Below are positions 20,057 to 28,794 of a DNA stretch of 64,000 bases, one piece after another. The translations under genes and the position numbers were made by a program. This stretch comes from Candidatus Altiarchaeota archaeon (lineage in GTDB: Archaea > Altiarchaeota > Altiarchaeia > IMC4 > SCGC-AAA252-I15). The stretch lies in the NCBI GenBank assembly GCA_043800705.1, contig JAZDMS010000034.1, positions 13,831-77,830 of the forward strand, given 5' to 3'. Numbering within the stretch: position 1 is the stretch's first letter; each line of letters starts with the position of its first letter. The notes under the pieces are model-generated. The model worked only from the letters and a program-made list of their open reading frames with translations. It did not search any database and was not told where the DNA came from.

Positions 20057-20856
20057 AACCCCTTTGCCGCTATTATTTCAGGCACGGTCGCGAACATTAT
20101 GCCCCTGCCCTTGAAAGAGACTATCAGTTTCTCCAGGTCGTCCAAAGCCTTCTTCCCGACGCCGTTCGTCATGTGCGAAGGCAGCCCCTTGACGGAGGGC
20201 AGGTCGGTGAACTCCCATGGGTGGAAGTACAGGAGGGAATATCCCCTCAGGGCGAGCGCCACCCTGCAGCCAAGCATCGTGTACCAGAGCCCGATGTTGC
20301 GCATCCACCACCACGAGATCGGCAGCCCCAGGAGCGTCGACATCGGGACTTCGACTATTTTGCCGAACGTGCGGATCCCCCTCGGCTGCATCACGTCGAA
20401 GAGCCTGCCAGGAAGCACCGCGGGATGGATGGAACTGTCATATTCGAATTCAAGGTCGGTGAGGACATCGTAGAGCCTGGGATTCACGCTGTTCCTTGGG
20501 CTTCGAAAGCCCTTCGGCTTCATCCCCGCTGCGGCCTGGACGGAATCCATCCCAGCCCGTATCTCCCTCGTCAGCCTATCCGGGGACATTCCCTTCAGTT
20601 CTATGTGTTCGTTTGCGTGGCATCCGACGTCGTGTCCCTTTTCCACGAGCTCCCGGATTAGCCCGGGATAGTTCCTCGCGAATACTCCCGTGACGAAGAA
20701 GCTGGCCCTGATGCCGTGTTTCTGCAGAAGGTCGATGAGGCTCCGAAGGCCCCTCGCGGAGAAGACGTCCGACATAGTATGTTCGCTTTCCACGCCAAAG
20801 ACGGCGGGCGAGTCCCATTCCTCGACGTCGAAGGACAGGCAGACTAGTGATCCCAT
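20053..20856 (-). CDS. Polysaccharide deacetylase (CE4, DUF3473-like)
   Basis: SFDVEEW, ASFFVTG, GHDVGCHANEH, GFRSP, YDSS, YFHPWEF. Start placed at ATG 20856. Confidence 0.88.
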   Translation of the reverse strand: MGSLVCLSFDVEEWDSPAVFGVESEHTMSDVFSARGLRSLIDLLQKHGIRASFFVTGVFARNYPGLIRELVEKGHDVGCHANEHIELKGMSPDRLTREIRAGMDSVQAAAGMKPKGFRSPRNSVNPRLYDVLTDLEFEYDSSIHPAVLPGRLFDVMQPRGIRTFGKIVEVPMSTLLGLPISWWWMRNIGLWYTMLGCRVALALRGYSLLYFHPWEFTDLPSVKGLPSHMTNGVGKKALDDLEKLIVSFKGRGIMFATVPEIIAAKGF

Positions 20857-20992
20857 CAAGGAGAATAAGGACTGGGCGGATAAAAGTATTCCAGAATGGA
20901 TGACAACGATAAACTTCTCAGCCACTATTTTAAGAGTGCGGCCCAAATAGTGATGAAAGTTGGAGGTTAATCCTCCCCGCTGACGGTAAAAA

Positions 20993-22840
20993 ATGCGCAT
21001 ACCCGACTTTTTCACGACAAAGATCGGCCGATTCAGGGCCTGGATGATGAGCCGTGGGGGGAGGTTCCTCAATGTTTTCACCATATTGCTTCTTTTTGCC
21101 GCCGCCCTGTCCGCAATGTATTTTGGGATGCTTTGGTACGTCCAGGAGACTTCCCAGAACACCATATACTTCACGAACTCGGCGGACTTCGCGGGATGGA
21201 CGACCTCGGACATCGACGAGTCCGTCTGGACGAAGGGGCCCATACCGTTGAATTCAGTCTACAGCGACAGCCAGCTTCTGGTGAGGACCACGCTGGTATC
21301 GGGGGGCCTGCCAGGATACGAGCAGGTCTCCGCAAGGGTCATAGCAAACGACTGCCTGAGCGAATTTTACATGAACGGACAACTTATCTTCAACGAGACC
21401 AACTGCGGGGGGTGCAGCCACTGCGTCTTGGGCGTCCAGGTCAACCTGACGGAACACCTAAGGCCTGGCGTGAACACGGTGGCGTTCAAGATACTCAACA
21501 GCGGCGGCGCCCAGGTTGGGTTCACATGGGCGCTTGAAGGCGACCTGGGGGTCAAGCTGCTTTACAGCGTGCTTCTCACACTCCTTCTGGCCGCCGTCGT
21601 ATACCATATGAGGAAGGGCTTCAGGCTCCTTTCGGAGGACGTCTCCGGAAGGCATAATGCGGCCGTCTTCCTCATCCTGTGCCTGCTCGTCTACTCTTTG
21701 GTCGCCGGAGAAAGGAACTTCCAGGTGTCGGTAAGCCCCCAAAACGTCTACCTCGCTGAGGCGTACGCTCAGGGGAGGCTCGGGATGGACATGTGCCTGG
21801 AGGAGATGGTCCAGGGCGTGGACGGAAAATGCTACAACCCCCAGGGCCCGATGCCGGCCGCATTGATGGCGCCCTTCGCATATTTCTTCGGCCATAACGT
21901 GAGCGACTACTCCTTCACCGTCTTCCTCGCCAGCCTCGCCGGGGCCGCATTCATGCTTGTGATGTTCGCTGTCAGGGCCAGGGGCGCAGGCTTGTCCGTG
22001 AGGGACGCGTGGACCTATTCGGCGCTGTTCTCCTTCGGGACCATAATGCTCGTGTACTCGACGTACGGCTCGTTCTGGATAGTGAACCAGATAACCTCCG
22101 TTTTATTCATCACCCTATTTCTCCTGTTCGTGGTGAGGGGCACGAACCCCTTCCTGGTCGGGGCATTCCTCGGGGCGAGCATGCTGGCCAGATACCATAC
22201 CGTCCTGTTCATCATCATATACTTCGCATACCTGGCCATGGACAGGGAAAAGAACTTCTGGAAGAAGGTTCATTCCGCGGCGCTCGCATCGGTCGCCTTG
22301 TCTTTGTTCCTGGGAGTGTTCCTTGCCCACAACTTTGCCAGATTCGGGGACCCGCTGGACGCGAGCTATTCCAGGTTCAACGGCGGCGTCTACTTCGATC
22401 TGAACAGGCTCGGTCCCCACCTTTCCAACGTCTTCTTCTCCCTGCCGACGAGGGTGTCGTATTATCCGTATTTCATGGTCCCGATGGAGGGCTTGAGCGT
22501 ATTCCTGACGACACCCCTGTTCCTCTACATCCTAAGGATCAGATACGGTACGCCCCTGCTGAAGTCGCTGCTCATAGGATGCTCTGTATATTTCCTCTTC
22601 ATCATGGCCTACCCCACGAACGGCTGGGCCCAGTTCGGGTACAGATACCTTCTGGAGATAAACCCGTTCCTGGTGGCGATGCTCGCCCTGAACAGGGAAA
22701 ACTTGAAGCCTGGAAAGCTTTTCATCATGCTTCTTGTGTTAGGGATGGCCGTCAACCTGTTCGGGGCCCTTACCTTCAAGAGGCCGCCCATCGACCAGAT
22801 GATTTACACGTTCGAAACCTTCCTGACGCAGACGAAGTGA
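20993..22840 (+). CDS. Membrane protein: galactose-binding-like jelly-roll followed by a GT-C-like TM domain
   Basis: ANDC..FYMNG ... HLRPGVNTVAFKI beta domain, then GPMPA, NFARFGDPL, QFGYRY. Confidence 0.65.
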   Translation: MRIPDFFTTKIGRFRAWMMSRGGRFLNVFTILLLFAAALSAMYFGMLWYVQETSQNTIYFTNSADFAGWTTSDIDESVWTKGPIPLNSVYSDSQLLVRTTLVSGGLPGYEQVSARVIANDCLSEFYMNGQLIFNETNCGGCSHCVLGVQVNLTEHLRPGVNTVAFKILNSGGAQVGFTWALEGDLGVKLLYSVLLTLLLAAVVYHMRKGFRLLSEDVSGRHNAAVFLILCLLVYSLVAGERNFQVSVSPQNVYLAEAYAQGRLGMDMCLEEMVQGVDGKCYNPQGPMPAALMAPFAYFFGHNVSDYSFTVFLASLAGAAFMLVMFAVRARGAGLSVRDAWTYSALFSFGTIMLVYSTYGSFWIVNQITSVLFITLFLLFVVRGTNPFLVGAFLGASMLARYHTVLFIIIYFAYLAMDREKNFWKKVHSAALASVALSLFLGVFLAHNFARFGDPLDASYSRFNGGVYFDLNRLGPHLSNVFFSLPTRVSYYPYFMVPMEGLSVFLTTPLFLYILRIRYGTPLLKSLLIGCSVYFLFIMAYPTNGWAQFGYRYLLEINPFLVAMLALNRENLKPGKLFIMLLVLGMAVNLFGALTFKRPPIDQMIYTFETFLTQTK

Positions 22841-22880
22841 GCATGTCGCATTTATTTTCCGCCTGCTTATCTATCTTATT

Positions 22881-23693
22881 ATGAGGCATTTTGCGAGCCT
22901 GGTCCTGCTGTGCTCCTATTTCATGCTCACAGTCTGCCTCGGACTATATACCGCCCACGTTACATACCCCCTGATGTATCCGCCGCCGGGGCAGGTACAG
23001 GTGATCGAGCCCATCGTCGCCGACCCGCAGGACGTGTCCTCGACGTTCTGGTTATTCGTCTACGTCATCATCGTGACGGCGGTCATGCTGGCCTTGATGA
23101 GGCTGGGCCTCGGGGGGATAATCCAGGCGGCCATGTACATGTCGTTCTTTGCGGGAAGCTTCATCACGTTTTCGGCCTTCCTTGGCGAACCTGCTGCCCT
23201 AACCCTAAGCCTCGCTTCGCTGGCGGCCCTCCTAATGAGGCGCGGCGACCTCATCCTTGCGAACACCGCCATGGTGTTCACCATCTCGGGGGTGGGGGCA
23301 ATACTCGGCCTCTCGCTCGGCATATGGCCGGTGTTCGCATTCATCGTCCTGTTGTCGGCCTACGATTATGTCGCGGTGTTCGTGACGAAGCATATGGTGA
23401 CTTTGGCGAAGGGCAGCAAGGGCAGGTTCGGGCTGATGTTCCTGGTCCCTGTGGGGGATAGGATGATGGGACTTGGCGCCGGCGACGTCGCCATACCGAC
23501 GACGTTCGTCGTCTCGGTCTATGTGGCGCACGGCATAGGATACGCGGTCCCGACCGCATACGGTGGCCTCATCGGAGTCGTGTCGCTCTTCTATTATCTC
23601 ATGGACAGGGAAGGCGCCACGCTGCCCGCGCTTCCGCCGATAACTGCGGGACTCCTGATAGGATACGGCCTGTGCCTCTTGATACTTCGATAG
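22881..23693 (+). CDS. Presenilin-family (GxGD) intramembrane aspartyl protease
   Basis: YD motif (AYDYVAV), GLGAGD, PALP. Confidence 0.9.
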   Translation: MRHFASLVLLCSYFMLTVCLGLYTAHVTYPLMYPPPGQVQVIEPIVADPQDVSSTFWLFVYVIIVTAVMLALMRLGLGGIIQAAMYMSFFAGSFITFSAFLGEPAALTLSLASLAALLMRRGDLILANTAMVFTISGVGAILGLSLGIWPVFAFIVLLSAYDYVAVFVTKHMVTLAKGSKGRFGLMFLVPVGDRMMGLGAGDVAIPTTFVVSVYVAHGIGYAVPTAYGGLIGVVSLFYYLMDREGATLPALPPITAGLLIGYGLCLLILR

Positions 23694-23696
23694 GCC

Positions 23697-23820
23697 GGTC
23701 TGCAGTCCACGGTTTTCAGTTCTCAGTTTCCAGTCTTGAGCCCGAAGTCCTTAGTCTTTCCTAAGACTGAAAACCGAAAACTCCGTCAAGACCTAAAACC
23801 GTGACCGAAGACTGGAGACC
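23697..23820. repeat. Fold-back array of degenerate 7-bp repeats
   Basis: Nine RGTYYYN-type units (23697-23759) followed by about 7 reverse-complement units (23762-23820). Same unit family as 2215-2367. Confidence 0.85.
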
Positions 23821-23844
23821 AAGCAGTATAAAGAGACTCTGAAA

Positions 23845-23972
23845 AGCCGATACACCAGGGGGAGCCTGGCGACCTGTTTCGGTCGCCAGACCCCGTGGGG
23901 TGTATTAGCTGTCTGATGAAGCCTGTGAATCGTCCGCAGGTTTCGAATAATGCATATGCAGTCTGCGGTTAA
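23845..23972 (+). ncRNA. Candidate structured RNA: long hairpin plus a degenerate hammerhead-like core
   Basis: AGCCGATACACC/GGTGTATTAGCT and CTGGCGACC/GGTCGCCAG helices; CTGATGA at 23913, a stem, GAAT at 23945, GTC at 23961. Confidence 0.3.
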
Positions 23973-24022
23973 AAACCCCCTCTTTTTCTTCTATTATACT
24001 AACCTTACGATATAGTTTTCTG

Positions 24023-24394
24023 ATGGACTTCAACCTCATCAACGTAGTCGAGAAGCCGTGGGGCAGGGAGATACACTTCGCGCTCGAGGGGGAGTACGTC
24101 GGCAAGATACTTGAAGTCAAAGGCGGCCAACGACTCAGCCTCCAATACCACAAGAGGAAGAAGGAGACCATGTACCTAATCAAAGGCCGGATCAGGCTCA
24201 CATTGGGCGACGAGGTCGAGGAGCTCGGGGTCGGAAAATCCGTCACTCTGGCGCCGGGGGTCACCCACCGCGTCGAGGCCCTGGAGGACAGCCAGATAAT
24301 CGAGGTATCGACGAACCATCTCGAGGACGTCGTACGCCTCGAGGACGACCACGGCAGGCATATATCATCCAAATCCGCTACAAGAAGACAATAG
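24023..24394 (+). CDS. Cupin domain protein (mannose-6-phosphate isomerase C-terminal-like)
   Basis: KPWG, RLSLQYH..K.ET, PG.THR, EVST, DVVRLED. Confidence 0.85.
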   Translation: MDFNLINVVEKPWGREIHFALEGEYVGKILEVKGGQRLSLQYHKRKKETMYLIKGRIRLTLGDEVEELGVGKSVTLAPGVTHRVEALEDSQIIEVSTNHLEDVVRLEDDHGRHISSKSATRRQ

Positions 24395-24469
24395 GAGTAG
24401 GATAGAAATTTTAGTAAGGAGACTTGTAAATAACCCTGATATATACTGTTTAAGCGATAGTAATAGTTA

Positions 24470-25555
24470 TTGAAAGATGAAGAGGCTAGTAGGTTGGATC
24501 TTTTTATTTCAAAAAGAAATTTTAGTGATTTGACTAAAATCGAAGATATTGTCAAAAAATTATCAAATGAGGTTGATAAATCATTAAAATCATCAATGCG
24601 ACCAATAGGCGCATTACCATTAGGACGTAAAGGAAAAGCATTATTTACTGATGTTAAAAGACGATTAGGTATTTTTAAGGATTGGATAGATATCGATCAA
24701 AATAATATTTTAGAAGGGAAAAATTTTGAATCTATTTACATTTTTGATGATTCGATTCGAAGAGGTAAATCGGCAAGAGACAATATTAGGTTGGTTCAAA
24801 AAATATGTAAAAGGATATATTTTTTTTCGTTGGTAGCCAAAGAGGACTCGTTTAAAGTACTTAAAAATGAATTTCCAGAAGTCAATTTTTCAATACAAAT
24901 TTTTACTAAAGATAACAGTGAACATGAAAAATTTTATCGGGAAATTATGTTCCCTTATTTTGATTATTTAGGTCAACCAATGGATAACGATCATTTTGAA
25001 ATAACACTATATTTAGCAAAAAATGTGTCTTTAGACGATATTGCGAAAGGTTTTAAAGAATTTCCTAATCGAAAAATAATTTCTTATCCAAGGATTTTAT
25101 CAACAGAAGAAAAGTTTAAAGTATCTATCGAATTCAATCCTAAAAAAAATAAATGGAATAAAAAAATTGGAGATGTACTTGATTTTATTGAAATTAGGGG
25201 CTATATTGATAATTCGCAAAAAGAGATGATTTTAACACCCATAGTTGGTGGAAAATTCCCTAATGTAGTATGTGATCAGACACAGTGTGAATTAAAGAAT
25301 CAGGATTGGATTTGTCTAAGGGAACATATTACAAATAAAATAAAGGAAGAAAATGAAAACGCGATTTGTAGGGATTGTATTATTTATAATATCCCTTTGG
25401 ATCAGATAATTGAAGTAATTAAAAAAATTGGAATCGAAAATATTTACAATTTTGATTTTGAATGTACTGCTTGGAAAGGATGCTATGGGGATAAAATACT
25501 TAATCCAATAAAGGAAAAAATAATAAAAGGGAAAATTATAAAGGAAATTCCCTAA
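24470..25555 (+). CDS. PRTase-like protein, AT-rich
   Basis: PRPP-binding-loop-like IYIFDDSIRRGKSA, upstream LGRKG, Cys-rich C-terminus. Much more AT-rich than its flanks. Confidence 0.65.
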   Translation: MKDEEASRLDLFISKRNFSDLTKIEDIVKKLSNEVDKSLKSSMRPIGALPLGRKGKALFTDVKRRLGIFKDWIDIDQNNILEGKNFESIYIFDDSIRRGKSARDNIRLVQKICKRIYFFSLVAKEDSFKVLKNEFPEVNFSIQIFTKDNSEHEKFYREIMFPYFDYLGQPMDNDHFEITLYLAKNVSLDDIAKGFKEFPNRKIISYPRILSTEEKFKVSIEFNPKKNKWNKKIGDVLDFIEIRGYIDNSQKEMILTPIVGGKFPNVVCDQTQCELKNQDWICLREHITNKIKEENENAICRDCIIYNIPLDQIIEVIKKIGIENIYNFDFECTAWKGCYGDKILNPIKEKIIKGKIIKEIP

Positions 25556-25890
25556 TACTGTTTTGACTTTGCATAGTCATATAGACTAGCAAACATATTT
25601 GTTGCTTCACCAGCAATTGAGAAAGGACGTACCCATTTATTTGATGAGGGTTCAATAGCCCAATCAGCTTTAATTATTCCTACATCAAGTAAATTATCAA
25701 TTGCTCTTTTTACAGTTACTTTACTAACTGATCCTGTTAATTCATCCACGATTTTTGAATAATATGCTAACTCTTTTCGTTTTTCTTTTATTTCATAAAC
25801 CTTTATCCCAACACAATATTCAGGAGATAATATTTTTTTTAAATATTTCAAATTCCCCAGGCCAGCATCCTGGGAATTTTTATCACTCAT
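25552..25890 (-). CDS. Small winged-helix-like protein, AT-rich
   Basis: YSKIVDEL...SKVTVKRAIDNLLDVGII helix-turn-helix pattern plus a beta wing; GAGGTGA RBS just upstream. Confidence 0.65.
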   Translation of the reverse strand: MSDKNSQDAGLGNLKYLKKILSPEYCVGIKVYEIKEKRKELAYYSKIVDELTGSVSKVTVKRAIDNLLDVGIIKADWAIEPSSNKWVRPFSIAGEATNMFASLYDYAKSKQY

Positions 25891-26181
25891 AGTTCACCTC
25901 GTAAAGCATAGATTTTATGCCTCCACCCCTGTTTATTAGTATGTGCATACCCACTTAAAAATGAATGAACGTTCAGATTTGTTCAAAATTCAGCATATAA
26001 GCCTTATTTGAAGGAAAGTATCCTGTAGCATAGAAAATATGCAGCTTATATATAAGTTAGGTACATAGGTAAGCATGGATGAAACGTCCAAATGCGAATC
26101 TCACCTTCGCTATACAAAGGATTTGGTGAGTGGTTTTGAAGACGCTAAAAGGCTAAACCGTTTTACCCAGGAGGTCTAAGA

Positions 26182-26376
26182 ATGATGCTTGAGGTAGTTG
26201 GCTTGATGACTGTCGTGTTGTTCATAGTCATCTGCGTAATGGCGGTTGCACGAATGATATCAGCCTTCGCTGGCTGGTTGTACGATGTCGCATTGGGTCT
26301 TTCGAGTATTCTCTTTGTGATCCTAGTGCTGACATTGATGTTTGAAGGGACATTGCACCTAGTAGGTGTTGTGTAA
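26182..26376 (+). CDS. Small two-TM hypothetical protein
   Basis: GGAGGT RBS upstream; two hydrophobic helices. Confidence 0.45.
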   Translation: MMLEVVGLMTVVLFIVICVMAVARMISAFAGWLYDVALGLSSILFVILVLTLMFEGTLHLVGVV

Positions 26377-26427
26377 GGTTAGCGGGGTATAGAACATCTA
26401 TACCCTGCATTACCCCTTTTAATTAAC

Positions 26428-27735
26428 TTAGCCGAGCCCGAACTGCTTCATCATCCGCTGCAGTTTTCTTCCGCCGCCCATGCCCTTCATCATCTTCTTC
26501 ATCTTCTTGTAGTAGTTGAGGAGCTCGCGGACGTCGGCTACGTTGGTGCCGGACCCGTTCGCTATCCGCTCGACGCGCTCGTGCTTGATGATGTCTGGGT
26601 CCTCCTTCTCCGCCGCCGTCATCGAGTCCATGATGACCTTGTATTTCTTGATCTTCTCCTCCTGGACCGCCATCAGCTCCTTGGGTATCTTCGAGCCTAT
26701 AGGCAGCATCTCCATGACCTTGTCCATGCTGCCCATCCCCTGCATCTGCTCTATCTGCTGGTAAAGGTCGTCCAGGGTGAACTTGCCGGAGAGCATCCGC
26801 TTCGCGCTCTCCTCGTCGAAGTCCATCTCCTTCGCCTTCTCAAGGAGGCCTTCGAGGTCACCCATGCCAAGGAGCTTTCCGACGAACCTCTTCGGCTCGA
26901 AGACCTCGATCTCTTCTATGTGTTCGCCGACTCCGATGAAGTATACCGGGCTCTTGGTCTCCGCGCATGCGGCGATGGCCCCCCCGCCCTTCGCGGAGCC
27001 GTCGAGCTTGGTTATTATGATGCCGTCTATCTTGCATGAGGCGTTGAAGGCCTTCGCCTGCTCACCCGCCGACTGGCCGATGGTACCGTCAAGGACGAGG
27101 AGGGTCCTGTCGGGCTTGATCTCCCGGTGTATCCTGTTGATGTCCTCCATCAGCTTCGAGTCCAGCTTGTGGCGGCCTTCGCTGTCTATGAAGATGAGGC
27201 CCTGGCCGTGGCGACGGAGGCCTTCCTGGATTATCTTCAGCGTGTCCTTCTGCGAGTTGTCGCCGTAGAACGGGATTTGTACCTCCTCAGCAAGCTGCTT
27301 CAGCTGCTCGTATGCGGCGGGCCGGAATGTGTCCGCGCAGATGAGTTTGGGGTTGAGGCCCTTCTTCTTATAGTGTCTGGCGAGCTTCGCGGCCTGCGTA
27401 GTCTTACCGGACCCCTGGACTCCGACGAGTAGGACCCGCATACCGTCCTTCAGCTCCAGGTCGCCGCCTTGACCGAGGAGGTTCGTGAGCTCGTCGTAGG
27501 TTATCTTTACGAGATTCTCCTTCCGGGTCAGCGTCCCAGGAGGCTTCTCCAAAAGTCCGCGGTCCTCTATCCTCTTTGACAGCTCCAGAATCAGTTTGAC
27601 GTTGACGTCGGCGGATATGAGGGTCTTCTGTATCTCCTTCAGATACGCCTTTATCGTATTCCTGTCAACGACGACGGCCTTTCTCAGGTTGTTTATAGCG
27701 CCCTGCAGGCCATCCCTCAACTTGTCGAATGCCAT
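26428..27735 (-). CDS. srp54: Signal recognition particle protein SRP54
   Basis: GVQGSGKTT, DTFRPAA, DSEGRH, TKLDGSAKGGG, Met-rich M domain. Confidence 0.95.
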   Translation of the reverse strand: MAFDKLRDGLQGAINNLRKAVVVDRNTIKAYLKEIQKTLISADVNVKLILELSKRIEDRGLLEKPPGTLTRKENLVKITYDELTNLLGQGGDLELKDGMRVLLVGVQGSGKTTQAAKLARHYKKKGLNPKLICADTFRPAAYEQLKQLAEEVQIPFYGDNSQKDTLKIIQEGLRRHGQGLIFIDSEGRHKLDSKLMEDINRIHREIKPDRTLLVLDGTIGQSAGEQAKAFNASCKIDGIIITKLDGSAKGGGAIAACAETKSPVYFIGVGEHIEEIEVFEPKRFVGKLLGMGDLEGLLEKAKEMDFDEESAKRMLSGKFTLDDLYQQIEQMQGMGSMDKVMEMLPIGSKIPKELMAVQEEKIKKYKVIMDSMTAAEKEDPDIIKHERVERIANGSGTNVADVRELLNYYKKMKKMMKGMGGGRKLQRMMKQFGLG

Positions 27736-27770
27736 ACAAGAATGACTAGGAATAGGGTGATAAAAAAGGT

Positions 27771-27800
27771 TTAGACTAACCGTGTTGCGGGTTAGTCTAA
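27771..27800. terminator. Perfect 11-bp inverted repeat, possible terminator of 27809-28615
   Basis: TTAGACTAACC-N8-GGTTAGTCTAA just past the stop codon, followed by a T-run on the minus strand. Confidence 0.55.
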
Positions 27801-27808
27801 TGTTGTGT

Positions 27809-28615
27809 TCAGTACGTCATCGAGAAGGACTTTATCCACATGTCCCCCCAGGAGTACTGGAATTCATGTAGTGCTTCGACTTGGTAGATTTTCAGGTATT
27901 TTTTGTTGTATCCGACCCCTTTTGCTGAAGCAGCCCGTATTGCGTTGTCTATCTGTGTCGCCAGGTTCGTATTCACTGTGGTCCATTTGTTGTTGGATAC
28001 GCTGGCGATGGTGTTTGCGTAGTGGACGATGCCGTCGCTGCCGACCCATGTGCCCTTCCCCTTGTTTGAGCCCCACTGGCCGAAGTAGAGATCCATCATC
28101 AGAATCCTCCCCGTTGATTCGTCCTTCATCCAGACGTTTATTATGCCGTTTCTTAGGCTGCTCTTTCCTGTCGGCACATTAAAGTTCCCCCCGTTCTGTT
28201 TGACGACCAACGTCAAAGGGATGCTGGTCTTCCCGTAAACGGCGAGCGGGACCGGCCTGTTCCAGGATGCTGGCGGAGAGCCGCCCCACACCCAGCCTTG
28301 TATGAGGGTTACGACTGCGTATTTTCCTGAGTCGTCCTTGCCGTACATCTTGAGTTTGTAGTCTGAGCCGCCCGATGATGTGAAGCCGCATTCCTTTATT
28401 GTTGTCCCTGTGCCACCCCACGTGTATCCATGTAGGCCCCATGCCCAGCCGGACGGAGCGGATTTGTAATCTTGGTTTGACTTTATCCCTGTGTCGAATG
28501 CTGCAGTCGGGTTGTTGAATCCGGGGTTCTTCAGCCAGTCTGCCGCGTTTGCGTTGCCTGCCATGCCCATTACCAGGCATATTAGCAGGATGCCAAGTTT
28601 GTTTTTGTTTTTCAT
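27809..28615 (-). CDS. Secreted hypothetical protein (Trp/Gly-rich, beta-rich)
   Basis: Signal peptide ending ANA-A, LKNPGF start of the mature part, GAGGTGA RBS. Confidence 0.7.
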   Translation of the reverse strand: MKNKNKLGILLICLVMGMAGNANAADWLKNPGFNNPTAAFDTGIKSNQDYKSAPSGWAWGLHGYTWGGTGTTIKECGFTSSGGSDYKLKMYGKDDSGKYAVVTLIQGWVWGGSPPASWNRPVPLAVYGKTSIPLTLVVKQNGGNFNVPTGKSSLRNGIINVWMKDESTGRILMMDLYFGQWGSNKGKGTWVGSDGIVHYANTIASVSNNKWTTVNTNLATQIDNAIRAASAKGVGYNKKYLKIYQVEALHEFQYSWGDMWIKSFSMTY

Positions 28616-28794
28616 TTTGTGTCACCTCACGTCCAATGCCGAACGTCGGTCTAAATCTGTTGGCTGCAAATAAAAACCGGTAGAGTAAATGGTAGTAATA
28701 TAGTTGAAGTTTCAAGGTGTTGGTCTTGGCCTCGCTACTGAGTCATATGGGCTGGACAACAGGCCCAAATAGGGACAATGCATAATGTCTGAAA

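Noticed and set aside
23838-23919. CTGA and TGATGA words as a C/D box sRNA
   Set aside because: The order is D before C, separated by a long hairpin, and no C'/D' pair with guide spacing is seen.
24470-25890. Retron with PRTase/wHTH effector
   Set aside because: No reverse transcriptase is present in the window.
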